This document shows positions 10,153 through 19,809 of a DNA stretch of 30,900 bases, piece after piece (within the stretch, counting starts at the first letter, position 1; every line of letters begins with the position of its first letter). A program made the position numbers and the translations under genes. Below the pieces are notes generated by a model, which did no database searches, was not told the origin of the DNA, and saw only the letters and a list, made by a program, of their open reading frames with translations. The DNA is from a virus (lineage: Duplodnaviria; Heunggongvirae; Uroviricota; Caudoviricetes). The stretch is taken from the IMG/VR virus record IMGVR_UViG_2619619129_000008; one strand, 5' to 3'.

Positions 10153-10793
10153 TTGTCGGTGTACCTCTCTCGTTTGCTCAGTTGTTCAGGAATATGGTGC
10201 AGCAGCTCGCCGTCGCCGCAGTAAATTGCGGCGTGATTCGGCACCGATGAACCAAAACAGCACAGCAGCACATCGCCCGGCTGTGCCGCTGACAACGGCA
10301 CCTGATACAGCCCCGTCGCCTCCAGATTATCCAGATAGAGATTCTGGCCGTTACGCCACCAGTCATCCTCACGATGAAAGTCCGGCATCTCAATCCCCGC
10401 CAGATGATAAGCATCCCGGAACAGTGTGTAACAGTCCGTCACACCGTGCTCAAAGCGCCGCCCGGTGAGATGCGGCACACAGCGGAACTTATGAATCGTC
10501 CCCCGGCAGACCAGCCACCACGGCAAATCACTCTGCACCTGCAGCCGCCGGTCGGCCTCACTCAGCCAGGGCAGACCACCGGGGTGGCTGTGGACCAGCG
10601 CCACAATCTCACCCTGCATTTCTGCCTGCAGCCAGTCTTCCGGCGACATACGGAAATACGCCTCCGGCTCACCGGAGATATTCACGCAGGGGAAATATCT
10701 TTCCCCCTCCGGCGTGCTTACCACGAAGCCGCACGACTCCGCTGGCGCACATCGCCGGGCGTGCGCCAGAATCGCTGATTCTGTCTGTGTCAT
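10050..10793 (-). CDS. K: tail tip assembly protein K (MPN/JAB plus NlpC/P60-like); 247-aa ORF, a shorter form could start at the internal Met near 10649
   Basis: Matches remembered lambda gpK. The JAB-type motif H-S-H-x7-S-xx-D (EIVALVHSHPGGLPWLSEAD) is present; the long ORF starts right after the L stop. Confidence 0.85.
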   Translation of the reverse strand: MTQTESAILAHARRCAPAESCGFVVSTPEGERYFPCVNISGEPEAYFRMSPEDWLQAEMQGEIVALVHSHPGGLPWLSEADRRLQVQSDLPWWLVCRGTIHKFRCVPHLTGRRFEHGVTDCYTLFRDAYHLAGIEMPDFHREDDWWRNGQNLYLDNLEATGLYQVPLSAAQPGDVLLCCFGSSVPNHAAIYCGDGELLHHIPEQLSKRERYTDKWQRRTHSLWRHRAWRASAFTGICNDLVAASTFV

Positions 10794-10798
10794 GGGAT

Positions 10799-11497
10799 TT
10801 ACTGCGAAAGTTTGTTAATGGAAAGGAAGCCGCCAAAGTTGCCGACGTTATTGCGGAACTTACAACCGCTCAGGCATTTGCTGCATTTATCCTTCGTGAT
10901 ATCGGACGTTGGCTGGTCATATTCATCCGCGACAGCCGGACCGCTATAACCGCACTCGTCACCGCGATAGGTCCAGGTGCAGGTGTTGGCCAGCATGATA
11001 CGTCCCGGAAAAACAGCGCCATCCGTTTCCGTCGGCGTGGACAGTACAAAAGAGGCACTCACCGCGCTCAGTTCGCTGCACTGCTCAATGCGCCAGCGGC
11101 TGATCACCTCCTGCTCCGGATCGGCGCCACTGTTTCCGTTGACGAAGTTCACCGCATCCAGAAAACGGGCGTAAACCTTACGCCGGACCACCGTTCCACC
11201 GACCAGACTCTGCAGATCTTCCGCCATCCCGGTGACCATACCGTACAGGTTAGAAACCGTCAGTGTGGGGCGCGTACTGGTGCCTTTGCCATTCAGTTCA
11301 AAACCACTCCCCTGAATGGGATACGGCTGATACTGTCGCCCCTGCCAGGTGACCGGCTCACCTTTTTCGTTCTGCTCATTACAGAAAAAATAACGTTCTC
11401 CACCGACCTCTGTCAGGTCGATTTCCCAGAGCACCACGCTGGCCGACTGCTCCGCACGGGTGCATTCATTCAGTGTTTCCTGCCGGATATCCTGCAT
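10799..11497 (-). CDS. L: tail tip assembly protein L (232 aa)
   Basis: Same length as remembered lambda gpL, with four Cys near the C-terminus; its start overlaps the M stop by 1 nt as in lambda. Confidence 0.9.
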   Translation of the reverse strand: MQDIRQETLNECTRAEQSASVVLWEIDLTEVGGERYFFCNEQNEKGEPVTWQGRQYQPYPIQGSGFELNGKGTSTRPTLTVSNLYGMVTGMAEDLQSLVGGTVVRRKVYARFLDAVNFVNGNSGADPEQEVISRWRIEQCSELSAVSASFVLSTPTETDGAVFPGRIMLANTCTWTYRGDECGYSGPAVADEYDQPTSDITKDKCSKCLSGCKFRNNVGNFGGFLSINKLSQ

Positions 11498-11826
11498 CAG
11501 TTCACCACCTGTTCAAACTCTGCGCTGAACTCAACACGCAGCATACTGACCCGCGACGACCATTTTGCGCAGGTCACCTTTATCTGCCGCCACTCATAAG
11601 GCGGCGTCCACAGAAAGGCTTTCCAGCCCCCGTGCTCAGCCAGAAACGACTCCAGCGCCGTGGCCTCCCAACGGGGAACAGAAAGCGTCACGCTGTACGT
11701 TTTCAGGTCGGCATTCAGCCCGGCAGGCGCTCGCTGGGAATAGCCATCACCAAAGCGCACTTTCCTGACGGAAGGGGCCGAAGCCACATCCATACCGGGT
11801 TTCACTTTCCAGCGGAAGGTCTTCAT
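11497..11826 (-). CDS. M: tail tip protein M (109 aa)
   Basis: Same length and position as lambda gpM; 4-nt overlap with the H stop. Confidence 0.9.
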   Translation of the reverse strand: MKTFRWKVKPGMDVASAPSVRKVRFGDGYSQRAPAGLNADLKTYSVTLSVPRWEATALESFLAEHGGWKAFLWTPPYEWRQIKVTCAKWSSRVSMLRVEFSAEFEQVVN

Positions 11827-14402
11827 CGTCCACCTCCGGAGAACAGGCCACCATCACGCATCTGTGTCTGAATTTCATCACGGGCACCCTTGCGGGCCAT
11901 GTCATACACTGCTTTCATCATCTGTGGACCTGGCAGACCATTCGTACCGTCGTTCTGAATCACCACGTTGTTGTTCTGCTCAAACCTGATACCCTCTGAA
12001 CGCCGCATCTGCGCCGGACTTCCGGCACCGCCCACATAACCACCTTCCGCATAGCCCCGCATCAGGCGGTACAGGTTGCCGACACCAATTCGGCTGGTTG
12101 CCTCCTTCGTGAAGACAAATTCACCACGGTGAACAATCCCCGCTGGCTCATATTTGCCGCCGGTTCCCGTAAATCCTCCGGTTGCAAAATGGAATTTCGC
12201 CGCAGCTGCCTGAATGGCTGTACCGCCTGATGCGGATGCGCCGCCACCAACAGCCCCGCCAATGGCGCTACCGATACTCCCGACAATCCCCACCATTGCC
12301 TGCTTAAGCAGAATTTCTGTCATCATGGACAGCACGGAACGGGTGAAGCTGCGCCAGTTCTGCTCACTGCCGGTCAGCATCGCCGCCATATTCTGCGCAA
12401 TACCATCAAAGGTCTGCGTGGCTGCACTTTTAACCTGCGACATACTGTCCGTGGCGCTCTCTTCCCACTCACTCCAGCCGGACCTGAGGCCTGCCATCCA
12501 GCTCCCGCGAAGCTGGTCTTCAGCCGCCCAGGTCTTTTTCTGCTCTGACATGACGTTATTCAGCGCCAGCGAATTATCGCCATACTGTTCCTTCAGGCGC
12601 TGTTCTGTGGCTTCCCGCGCTGCCTGCCGGTCAGTAAGCCCCCGGTTTTTCGCCTCAATGGCTGCCCGTTTTGCCCGTTGTTGCTGTGCGAACTTATCCG
12701 CCTGCTGCGCCAGCGCGTTCAGGCGCTCCTGATACGTAACCTTGTCGCCAAGTGCAGCCAGCTGGCGTTTGTACTCCAGCGTCTCATCTTTATGCGCCAG
12801 CAGGGATTTCTCCTGTGCGGACAGCTGGCGACGTTGCGCCGCCTCCTCCAGTACCGCGAACTGACTCTCCGCCTTCCACAAATCCCGGCGCTGCTGGCTG
12901 ATTTTCTCATTTGCTCCGGCATGCTTCTCCAGCGTCCGGAGTTCAGCCTGAAGCGTCAGCAGGGCAGCATGAGCACTGTCTTCCTGACGATCGCCCGCAG
13001 ACACTTTCACGCCGGACTGTTTCGGCTTTTTCAGCGTCGCTTCATAATCCTTTTTCGCCGCCGCCATCAGCGTGTTGTAATCTGCCTGCAGGATTTTCCC
13101 GTCTTTCAGTGCCTTGTTCAGTTCTTCCTGACGGGCGGTATATTTCTCCAGCGGCGTCTGCAGGCGTTCGTAAGCCTTCTGCGCCTCTTCGGTATATTTC
13201 AGCCGTGATGCCTCAGACTCGGCCCAGTCCTTTGCTGCCATCTCTCTGGCCTTTTCAAGATCGGCCTGCAACGTGGCGGCTGAAAGCCCAAGTTGCGCAT
13301 TCGCTCTGTCCTCCCATGCTCCCCGGAGATTGGCAAGAAATGCTGAGGTTTTACCGCGCCGGTGGCTTCGGCTCTGATACCACTGCCATTTTTTGTCCGC
13401 CTCATCAAAAGCCTTTTCTGCTTTCTCCAGCATTCCCTGGGCAGTGTCCGGGCGACCAATATCCAGCACCGAATCCCACATGGATTTGAATGCCCGTGCT
13501 GTCCTGTCTGCCCAGGTCTCCAGCGTGCCCATGTTCTCTTTCAGGCGGCGGGTCTGGTCATCAAACCCTTTCGTTGCGGCCTCGTTCGCCGCCTGCAATG
13601 CCCCGGCTTCATCTCCGGAACGCTGCAACTGAGCAACATACGCAATCTGCTCCGCCGTCACGTTATGGAACTGACGTGCCATCGCTGTCAGTCCCGACGT
13701 CGGGTCTGTGGTCAGCTTCCCGAAGGCTTCAGCGACCTTGTCCACCTCCACGCCGGATGCAGAGGAGAAACGCGCCACACTCTGGCTGATCGACTCAAAC
13801 TGCTCACCACCACGCACACCGGCATTCACCAGCGCCGTCAGTGACTCGCTGGTCTGGTTAAACGTCAGCCCTGCCGCCTGCCCGGCTCTGGACAGGGCCA
13901 GAATACGATCTGCCGTCAGTCCCGCCTGATTGCCGGAAAGGACCAGCGTTTTGTTGAAATCGGACAGGGTTGAGTTGCCCTGATACCAGGCATACGCCAG
14001 CGCACCGGTCGCCACCGCCAGCGAGGTGGCCCCCACCATCGGCAGGGTGATCGCACCGGCAAGCCCCCTGAACATGGGGATCATCCCGCCGAAGGAGTCC
14101 TTAACCTGACCACCCTGTTGCAGCAGGATCAGCCACGGACTTTGCCCGCCTGCAAGCTGCGTGGCCACGTCGGTGAACTGTGCAGGCAGCATACGCATGG
14201 CGGCTTTATACTGCCCGACGGAAATCCCCGCTTTCTGTGCAGCCAGCGCCTGTCGGCTCAGCGACTGTTCAACGACTGCCGCTGTTTTTTTCGCATCAGT
14301 TTCCGTACCGGAAAAATGACGCCTGACTCTGGCCATCTGCTCGTCAAATCTGGCCGCATCCAGACTTAAATCAACGACCAGATCGCCTACCGGTTCAGCC
14401 AT
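11823..14402 (-). CDS. H: tail tape measure protein H (859 aa)
   Basis: Long coiled-coil-rich protein with a Gly-rich C-terminal region, collinear with remembered lambda gpH (853 aa); 8-nt overlap with the end of the T frame as in lambda. Confidence 0.95.
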   Translation of the reverse strand: MAEPVGDLVVDLSLDAARFDEQMARVRRHFSGTETDAKKTAAVVEQSLSRQALAAQKAGISVGQYKAAMRMLPAQFTDVATQLAGGQSPWLILLQQGGQVKDSFGGMIPMFRGLAGAITLPMVGATSLAVATGALAYAWYQGNSTLSDFNKTLVLSGNQAGLTADRILALSRAGQAAGLTFNQTSESLTALVNAGVRGGEQFESISQSVARFSSASGVEVDKVAEAFGKLTTDPTSGLTAMARQFHNVTAEQIAYVAQLQRSGDEAGALQAANEAATKGFDDQTRRLKENMGTLETWADRTARAFKSMWDSVLDIGRPDTAQGMLEKAEKAFDEADKKWQWYQSRSHRRGKTSAFLANLRGAWEDRANAQLGLSAATLQADLEKAREMAAKDWAESEASRLKYTEEAQKAYERLQTPLEKYTARQEELNKALKDGKILQADYNTLMAAAKKDYEATLKKPKQSGVKVSAGDRQEDSAHAALLTLQAELRTLEKHAGANEKISQQRRDLWKAESQFAVLEEAAQRRQLSAQEKSLLAHKDETLEYKRQLAALGDKVTYQERLNALAQQADKFAQQQRAKRAAIEAKNRGLTDRQAAREATEQRLKEQYGDNSLALNNVMSEQKKTWAAEDQLRGSWMAGLRSGWSEWEESATDSMSQVKSAATQTFDGIAQNMAAMLTGSEQNWRSFTRSVLSMMTEILLKQAMVGIVGSIGSAIGGAVGGGASASGGTAIQAAAAKFHFATGGFTGTGGKYEPAGIVHRGEFVFTKEATSRIGVGNLYRLMRGYAEGGYVGGAGSPAQMRRSEGIRFEQNNNVVIQNDGTNGLPGPQMMKAVYDMARKGARDEIQTQMRDGGLFSGGGR

Positions 14403-15233
14403 ACCGGACTCCTCCTGCGATCCCTTCTGATACTGTCATCAGCATTACGTCATCCTCCGTCATGTCCGCCACATCCGGGGAAGCGGGGATAACTTCATTC
14501 CCGTCCGGGCCAAAACGAACGCCTCCGGCAAGCCCTGCCGCTTTCTGCATCAGCACATCATCTTCAGGCTCTCCGTCAGCCTCGCGCCGGTTCAGCAGAC
14601 TGAAATCCAGCGGATGCATATCCGGATCGCTGAAAAACAGGCTGAGCACGGTGTACGTCAGCCCGGAAAAGTGCATATCCAGCAGAACATCATGAAAATA
14701 ATGGGTACTGTAAAAGCGGTGCCAGTCGGCATACTCCGTGGATGACATCCCGGCAAGCATGGCACGCCAGTCGGGTCGCCCCATCTCGCGCGCCAGTTTC
14801 AGGGCAAAACTCAGCTCACCGTCGAACACTTTCCCGCAGAAACAGGCTCTGCAGGCCCGGCATCCTCTGCCTGTTCAGGGGCATCATTCACCACAAACTC
14901 ATACATACCGGACAGCCGGTACACCACGTTTTCAGCATGAGAAATTGCCTCCGTGGGCCAGGTGGTAAGCACTTCCTGCTCAATCTGTTTAACGGCTTCA
15001 TTCATGGAAGGCATCTGCGTCTTCTGCGGATGGTTATGCCACAGGGACATCGCCACCACACAAGCACCGGTTCTGATGGCGTCTTCCACAGTAAACTTCC
15101 GGTTGCTGTCTGACTCCGCCTGTTCTGCCTGCCGTTTCATCAGGGCGAGATGCTCAATACGCTGCAGGGCTGACAGTTCAGAAAGCGTGACGGTCACACC
15201 GTTATGTTCAAATGATTCGGTTTTCAGGAACAT
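14395..15233 (-). CDS. G-T: tail assembly chaperone G-T fusion, made by a programmed -1 ribosomal frameshift (G frame 15233 down to the slip site, T frame 14829 down to 14395)
   Basis: G ORF (14811-15233) and the overlapping -1 frame ORF (14395-14829, no ATG of its own) are joined at the slippery heptamer GGGAAAG (minus-strand sense of 14829-14835), ~6 codons before the G stop, as described for lambda. Confidence 0.8.
14811..15233 (-). CDS. G: tail assembly chaperone G (140 aa)
   Basis: MFLKTESFEHNGVTVTLSELSALQRIEHLALMKRQAEQAES... near-identical to remembered lambda gpG. Confidence 0.9.
   Translation of the reverse strand: MFLKTESFEHNGVTVTLSELSALQRIEHLALMKRQAEQAESDSNRKFTVEDAIRTGACVVAMSLWHNHPQKTQMPSMNEAVKQIEQEVLTTWPTEAISHAENVVYRLSGMYEFVVNDAPEQAEDAGPAEPVSAGKCSTVS
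14829..14835 (-). other. -1 programmed frameshift slippery heptamer G GGA AAG
   Basis: Plus strand 14829-14835 is ctttccc, i.e. GGGAAAG on the coding strand, within the last codons of G. Confidence 0.8.
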
Positions 15234-15248
15234 CGCTGACTCTCCGGA

Positions 15249-15989
15249 TTAACTGGCGGTGACGTTGATTTCTGCAACCGCAGCAAGTTCACCATTACCG
15301 GATACGACCGGAATGTTGACCTTGCCTGCAGCAACACCTTTCACGGTGATGGTCATACCACTGACCGACACGGTGGCTTTTGTTTTATCCGCTGACACCG
15401 CACGGAAGCTCTTGTCGGTTGCGCCTTCCGGCTGGAATGCCACGGTCAGCGTGGTGCTCTTCCCTTTCACTACGGAAGCGCTGGCTGGCGTCACGGTCAT
15501 ACCGGTTGCCGCTGTTACCGTGCTGCGATCTTCTGCCATCGACGGACGTCCTACGTTGGTGACTTTCACCGTGCGGGTGATCACGTCCTTCGCCGTCACC
15601 GCCTTACCGATACTGCTGACCCAGCCGCGGAACACATCGACCGTGCCGTTCGGGAAGCGGATTTTATAGGCACGGGTATCACCTTCATTAAACCACGCCA
15701 GCAGCGCCTGCTGCCCCTGCTCTCCGGGCATCCACGCCAGCGTGAAGCTGGTATCTCCGGCAGATTTCTGCCCCTGTCCGGTCGCGGTCCAGTCCGCATC
15801 TTCATCATCGAGATAACTGTCGTCATAGGACTCAGCGGTCAGTTCGCCGGGCGTCAGGTCTTTAACCTTTGCCAGACGCGACCAGTCATTGTCTGAAAGC
15901 GGGTTTGCATAAGGGTCGCCGCTCCCGTTATAAACCCACAGTGTGGTCCCGGCCCCTTTCACCGGTGCCAGAGGATTTGGTGTTGGCAT
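15249..15989 (-). CDS. V: major tail tube protein V (246 aa from the [12 protein letters not shown] start)
   Basis: Matches remembered lambda gpV; ATG at 15987-15989 preceded by GAGGA; C-terminal Ig-like domain present. The ORF track's longer start at 16019 would overlap U. Confidence 0.9.
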   Translation of the reverse strand: MPTPNPLAPVKGAGTTLWVYNGSGDPYANPLSDNDWSRLAKVKDLTPGELTAESYDDSYLDDEDADWTATGQGQKSAGDTSFTLAWMPGEQGQQALLAWFNEGDTRAYKIRFPNGTVDVFRGWVSSIGKAVTAKDVITRTVKVTNVGRPSMAEDRSTVTAATGMTVTPASASVVKGKSTTLTVAFQPEGATDKSFRAVSADKTKATVSVSGMTITVKGVAAGKVNIPVVSGNGELAAVAEINVTAS

Positions 15990-15996
15990 ATCGTCC

Positions 15997-16392
15997 TCAC
16001 ATTTCATAGGTAATGACATAAGTCAGATCGGCTGAACTCCACAGGCCCGCATCATCGTCGCGCCGGTAGTCATAGCCACTGGCCACCATACTGGTGATCA
16101 AATCTGACAGTGCCGGGATATCGCTCATCACCGGATAAATCCGGGACTCCATCCACGAATCCAGCTCTGAATCCGGCACCTGAGCAGGCAGGAAAACTTC
16201 AATATGCAGCTCCGCCTGCCAGGTATCGCTGTCCAGCTCTTCGCCCGTGTATTCAGCGCCGGTGAGATAAACGGCAATTGCCGGAAAATCTTCCTCATCA
16301 AAAACAGCGGGGCGACCATCAAAAAGCGTCGCCCCGGTGTCATGCTTCTCCAGTGCATCCAGTACGGCTGCACGGAGTTCAGTATGTTTCAT
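15997..16392 (-). CDS. U: tail terminator protein U (131 aa)
   Basis: Sequence and position as lambda gpU; 4-nt overlap with Z. Confidence 0.9.
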   Translation of the reverse strand: MKHTELRAAVLDALEKHDTGATLFDGRPAVFDEEDFPAIAVYLTGAEYTGEELDSDTWQAELHIEVFLPAQVPDSELDSWMESRIYPVMSDIPALSDLITSMVASGYDYRRDDDAGLWSSADLTYVITYEM

Positions 16393-16967
16393 CGCTTTAT
16401 TACCATCCTCAGTTGATGCTGCAGCGCATAGCCCAGCTCTTTCGGAAGACGTTCACGCCGTATCCGCTCAATATTTTGTTTAAACGCCGTGGTCAGCGGC
16501 ACCGCCATCGGGATTTTCACCACATCAATGGGGTAACGGTTTTTCCCGGCCACACGCTGCATGACATGCCAGCGGCCATTTTTCAGTTGCTGAATAAACG
16601 CGCCGGGAATACGACGGTTTCCCACCACAAGCACGCTGCCGCCACCTTTCAGGGCTGAACGCTGCCCCTTTTTACGACGCCTGCGTCGGGACAGGACAAT
16701 CCGCGCGTTACCCAGCTTTATTACGGGCAAATCCCCCCGGTTAACCCTGATTCTGGCCTGCGGATTTTTGACCGTGGCCCTTTTCAGCCTGGCCCTTTCC
16801 TTTACCAGTTTCCGGCGTACCTTTGTCTCACGGGCAACCTGTGACGCCGACTGCGATATCGCGGATGAAGCAACGCGGTTAATGGCCATTGCGGCGGCAC
16901 CGGGCACCGCCGTTCTGCTGATACGGCTGAGGTTTTCAACGGCCTGCTCAAGACCTTTTATGGCCAT
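16389..16967 (-). CDS. Z: tail completion protein Z (192 aa)
   Basis: Sequence and position as lambda gpZ. Confidence 0.9.
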   Translation of the reverse strand: MAIKGLEQAVENLSRISRTAVPGAAAMAINRVASSAISQSASQVARETKVRRKLVKERARLKRATVKNPQARIRVNRGDLPVIKLGNARIVLSRRRRRKKGQRSALKGGGSVLVVGNRRIPGAFIQQLKNGRWHVMQRVAGKNRYPIDVVKIPMAVPLTTAFKQNIERIRRERLPKELGYALQHQLRMVIKR

Positions 16968-16978
16968 ACATCCCCCTT

Positions 16979-17332
16979 TCAGCGGCGACGGTTAACGGCA
17001 GGCGGTACGCCCCGCCCAAGCCAGAGATGACAGCTTCCGCCATCATCCGGCGAAATCCGGTCTATCCAGAAGTTTTCCTCACCGATGGTCAGCGTGTCGC
17101 CGCGCCGCAGCTGCCGCACATCATCAGTCCGGACAAACAGGGACGGGCTGGAGCCTTCAACGCGTACGCCCTGTCCGGCATAGCTGATATTTTCAGGGTC
17201 ATCAAAAACACCACGTATTACTGCGCCGGACTGCTCACCGGATGTCATGGTGGCTGACGTTCCCATGTACCCGCGTATCGTTTCATCGGCGCAGGCAATG
17301 GCAGCATCGAACAGGTTATCGAAATCAGCCAC
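16979..17332 (-). CDS. FII: head-tail joining protein FII (117 aa)
   Basis: Sequence and position as lambda gpFII. Confidence 0.9.
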   Translation of the reverse strand: MADFDNLFDAAIACADETIRGYMGTSATMTSGEQSGAVIRGVFDDPENISYAGQGVRVEGSSPSLFVRTDDVRQLRRGDTLTIGEENFWIDRISPDDGGSCHLWLGRGVPPAVNRRR

Positions 17333-17343
17333 AGCGCCTCCCG

Positions 17344-17739
17344 TTATTGCATTCTGGCCAGGCCGCGCTCTGTCATTTCAGCTGCCACACCGGCAGAGAC
17401 ACGGAACGCCGTTCCCGGCAGCACAAATGCCACAGCCTCATCCCGCGTGGCGTGAAGTGCATCAGTATGCAGCGTCACCAGTGCCACAACCGTGACCAGA
17501 GCAGCCGTATCAGTCACGGTATCCGTCTGTGCTGATACCACCTCATTTTCATGTCCGGTCAGTGCATTTTCCGGGCTGACAGACGTGTCCTGACCGGCTG
17601 CGTCATCCGTGTCATCAAGCTCCTCTTCCAGCTCTGCCACACGGAGCGCCAGTTCTTCTTTCGTCCCCGTCAGGCTGACATCACGGTTCAGTTGCTCACC
17701 CAGCGACCGGAGACGGGCAATCAGTTCATCTTTCGTCAT
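17344..17739 (-). CDS. FI: DNA packaging protein FI (131 aa from the MTKDELIARLRSLGEQL start)
   Basis: Matches remembered lambda gpFI; the ORF track's longer start at 17778 adds 13 residues not present in lambda. Confidence 0.85.
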   Translation of the reverse strand: MTKDELIARLRSLGEQLNRDVSLTGTKEELALRVAELEEELDDTDDAAGQDTSVSPENALTGHENEVVSAQTDTVTDTAALVTVVALVTLHTDALHATRDEAVAFVLPGTAFRVSAGVAAEMTERGLARMQ

Positions 17740-17780
17740 GAACTCCTCCACAGAGAGAAAATGGCCCCGAAGGGCCACGA

Positions 17781-18806
17781 TTACGCCAGTTGTACGGAAA
17801 CGAACTCATCAGGGTCAGCCAGCAGCATCAGCGGTGCTGACTGAATCATGGTGAACTCACGCGCCGGATCGCCGGTGGTCACCCAGTTTTTCGGGTAACG
17901 GGCAGAGGCGTTAATGCCTTCGCGCTGTGCGTCCGCATCCTGAATGCAGCCATAGGTGCGCAGACCGCGAGCCTGAGTGTTCCCCAGCACCATCGTGTTG
18001 TCCGGCAGGAAGTTCTTTTTGACGCCGTTTTCCACGTACTGTCCGGAATACACGACGATGGCCACATCGCCATACATTCCCTTATAGGACACCGCTTTGC
18101 CCAGGTCTTTTACCGCTGTCTCCAGCTCGGAATGAGAGCCGCGACGGGTATCCAGCTTCTCCCTGACGGCTTTGAAGGAACGGAACAGCGCCCAGCCTTT
18201 CGGATCAAACACGATGATATTCACCACGCCGCTGGCGTTCAGCGCGTAGGCTTCGATATCGTCGGTCGGGTCATACGTGGACTTGTCACGCTTGCTCCAC
18301 TCCGTGCCGCCGGACTGCGTGATGTTATTCGCTTCACTGCGACCCATATCCACCTCAACCGGATCGAAGGCTTCACCGGTCATGGTGTATTTGCCCTTAA
18401 GCACGGCAGAAACGGCCTGCATCTCTTCGACCTGAGCAATGGCCAGCTCTTCGTCTCGCATGTTCTGCAGGATGATGCGACGGCGGCGGTAAGCCGGGTC
18501 CGCCAGATTCTGTGGATCTTCATCCGGCAGGCGACGCAGGGTCATCTGCGGATTCACCTCATGCTTCGGCTTGACATATCCCGGTGTAAATTCAGAGGTG
18601 GAGCCGCCACGGGAGCGGATAACCTCACCGGAAACAATCGGCGAAACGTACAGCGCCATGTTTACCAGTCCCGGAATTTGTGAGAGATAGACTTTCTCCG
18701 TGGTGAAGGGATAGCTCTCACGGAAAAAGAGACGCAGAAACAGCGGATCAAACTTAAATTTCTGCTCATTTGCCGCCAGCAGCTGGGCGGTTGTGTACAT
18801 CGACAT
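17781..18806 (-). CDS. E: major capsid protein E (341 aa from the MSMYTTAQLLAANEQKF start)
   Basis: Near-identical to remembered lambda gpE; start at 18806 chosen by homology. Confidence 0.95.
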   Translation of the reverse strand: MSMYTTAQLLAANEQKFKFDPLFLRLFFRESYPFTTEKVYLSQIPGLVNMALYVSPIVSGEVIRSRGGSTSEFTPGYVKPKHEVNPQMTLRRLPDEDPQNLADPAYRRRRIILQNMRDEELAIAQVEEMQAVSAVLKGKYTMTGEAFDPVEVDMGRSEANNITQSGGTEWSKRDKSTYDPTDDIEAYALNASGVVNIIVFDPKGWALFRSFKAVREKLDTRRGSHSELETAVKDLGKAVSYKGMYGDVAIVVYSGQYVENGVKKNFLPDNTMVLGNTQARGLRTYGCIQDADAQREGINASARYPKNWVTTGDPAREFTMIQSAPLMLLADPDEFVSVQLA

Positions 18807-18819
18807 AAAAAAATCCCGT

Positions 18820-18840
18820 AAAAAAAGCCGCACAGGCGGC
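18820..18840 (-). terminator. terminator-like hairpin between D and E inside the late operon
   Basis: Stem gccgc (18827-18831) / gcggc (18836-18840), loop acag; plus-strand A6 (18821-18826) gives a U6 tract after the stem on the minus-strand RNA. Confidence 0.4.
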
Positions 18841-18861
18841 CTTTAGTGATGAAGGGTCAGG

Positions 18862-19194
18862 TTAAACGATGCTGATTGCCGTTCCGGCAAACGCGGTCCG
18901 TTTTTTCGTCTCGTCGCTGGCAGCCTCCGGCCAGAGCACATCCTCATAACGGAACGTGCCGGACTTGTAGAACGTCAGTGTGGTGTTGGTCTGGTCAGCA
19001 GCAACCGCAAGAATGCCAACGGCAGCACCGTCGGTGGTGCCATCCCACGCAACCAGCTTACGGGTGGCGGTGTCCAGCATCAGCGGGGTCATTGCAGGCG
19101 CTTTCGCACTCAATCCGCCGGGCGCGGTTGCGGTATGAGCCGGGTCACTGTTGCCCAGCGGCTGGTAATGGGTAAAGGTTTCTTTGCTCGTCAT
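18862..19194 (-). CDS. D: capsid decoration protein D (110 aa from the [12 protein letters not shown] start)
   Basis: Matches remembered lambda gpD; AAGGG lies 6 nt before the ATG at 19192-19194. Confidence 0.9.
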   Translation of the reverse strand: MTSKETFTHYQPLGNSDPAHTATAPGGLSAKAPAMTPLMLDTATRKLVAWDGTTDGAAVGILAVAADQTNTTLTFYKSGTFRYEDVLWPEAASDETKKRTAFAGTAISIV

Positions 19195-19203
19195 AAACAT
19201 CCC

Positions 19204-19809
19204 TTACACTGGTGTGTTCAGCAAATCGTTAACGGCATCAGATGCCGGGTTACCTGCAGCCAGCGGTGCCGGTGCCCCCTGCATCAGACGATCCAGCGCA
19301 GTGTCACTGCGCGCCTGTGCACTCTGTGGTGCTGCGGCCAGAATACGGCGGGCCGTTTCCACGGTCATACCGGGGGTTTCGGCCAGCACGCGCGCCTGTT
19401 CTTCGCGTCCGTGAGCCTCCTCACAGTTGAGGATCCCCATAATGCGACTGTTTTCTGCCGCAACCGCTGCGGTGATCTGCGCGTTCACGTCCGGCTGCGC
19501 CGCGCTGGCGTTCTCGCCCTCCGTCGCTTGCACCACGCCAGTAACGTCAGCCTGCGAAGCAGTGGCTGAAACAGTTGTTGATTGAGTCTCTTTGGTCATT
19601 CGCCCTCCTGAGAGACGGGATTTACGTGCATCCAGTGCATCACGCATGACGGTGATCGCATCGGTACTGTTAACAAGTTCATCAGCCAGTCCGGCATCAA
19701 TGGCCTCCTGACCGCTGTACACTGCAGCCTCGGTATCCAGCACAGCCTGCACGGACAGGCCGGTATATGCCGACACCTTCTGCGCAAACATCCGGCGGGT
19801 TGCATCCAT
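19204..19809 (-). CDS. Nu3: capsid scaffolding protein Nu3 (in-frame internal start within C, ~201 aa)
   Basis: In-frame ATG at 19807-19809 (MDATRRMFAQKVS...) at the position of the lambda Nu3 start, sharing the C reading frame and stop. Confidence 0.65.
   Translation of the reverse strand: MDATRRMFAQKVSAYTGLSVQAVLDTEAAVYSGQEAIDAGLADELVNSTDAITVMRDALDARKSRLSGGRMTKETQSTTVSATASQADVTGVVQATEGENASAAQPDVNAQITAAVAAENSRIMGILNCEEAHGREEQARVLAETPGMTVETARRILAAAPQSAQARSDTALDRLMQGAPAPLAAGNPASDAVNDLLNTPV

Noticed and set aside
12214-13844. Several 150-190-aa plus-strand ORFs inside the tape measure gene H
   Set aside because: Antisense to H and mutually overlapping; low-complexity Ser/Pro/Arg/Leu composition; no ribosome-binding sites.
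18132-18683. 183-aa plus-strand ORF inside major capsid gene E
   Set aside because: Antisense to the highly conserved E frame; no independent support.
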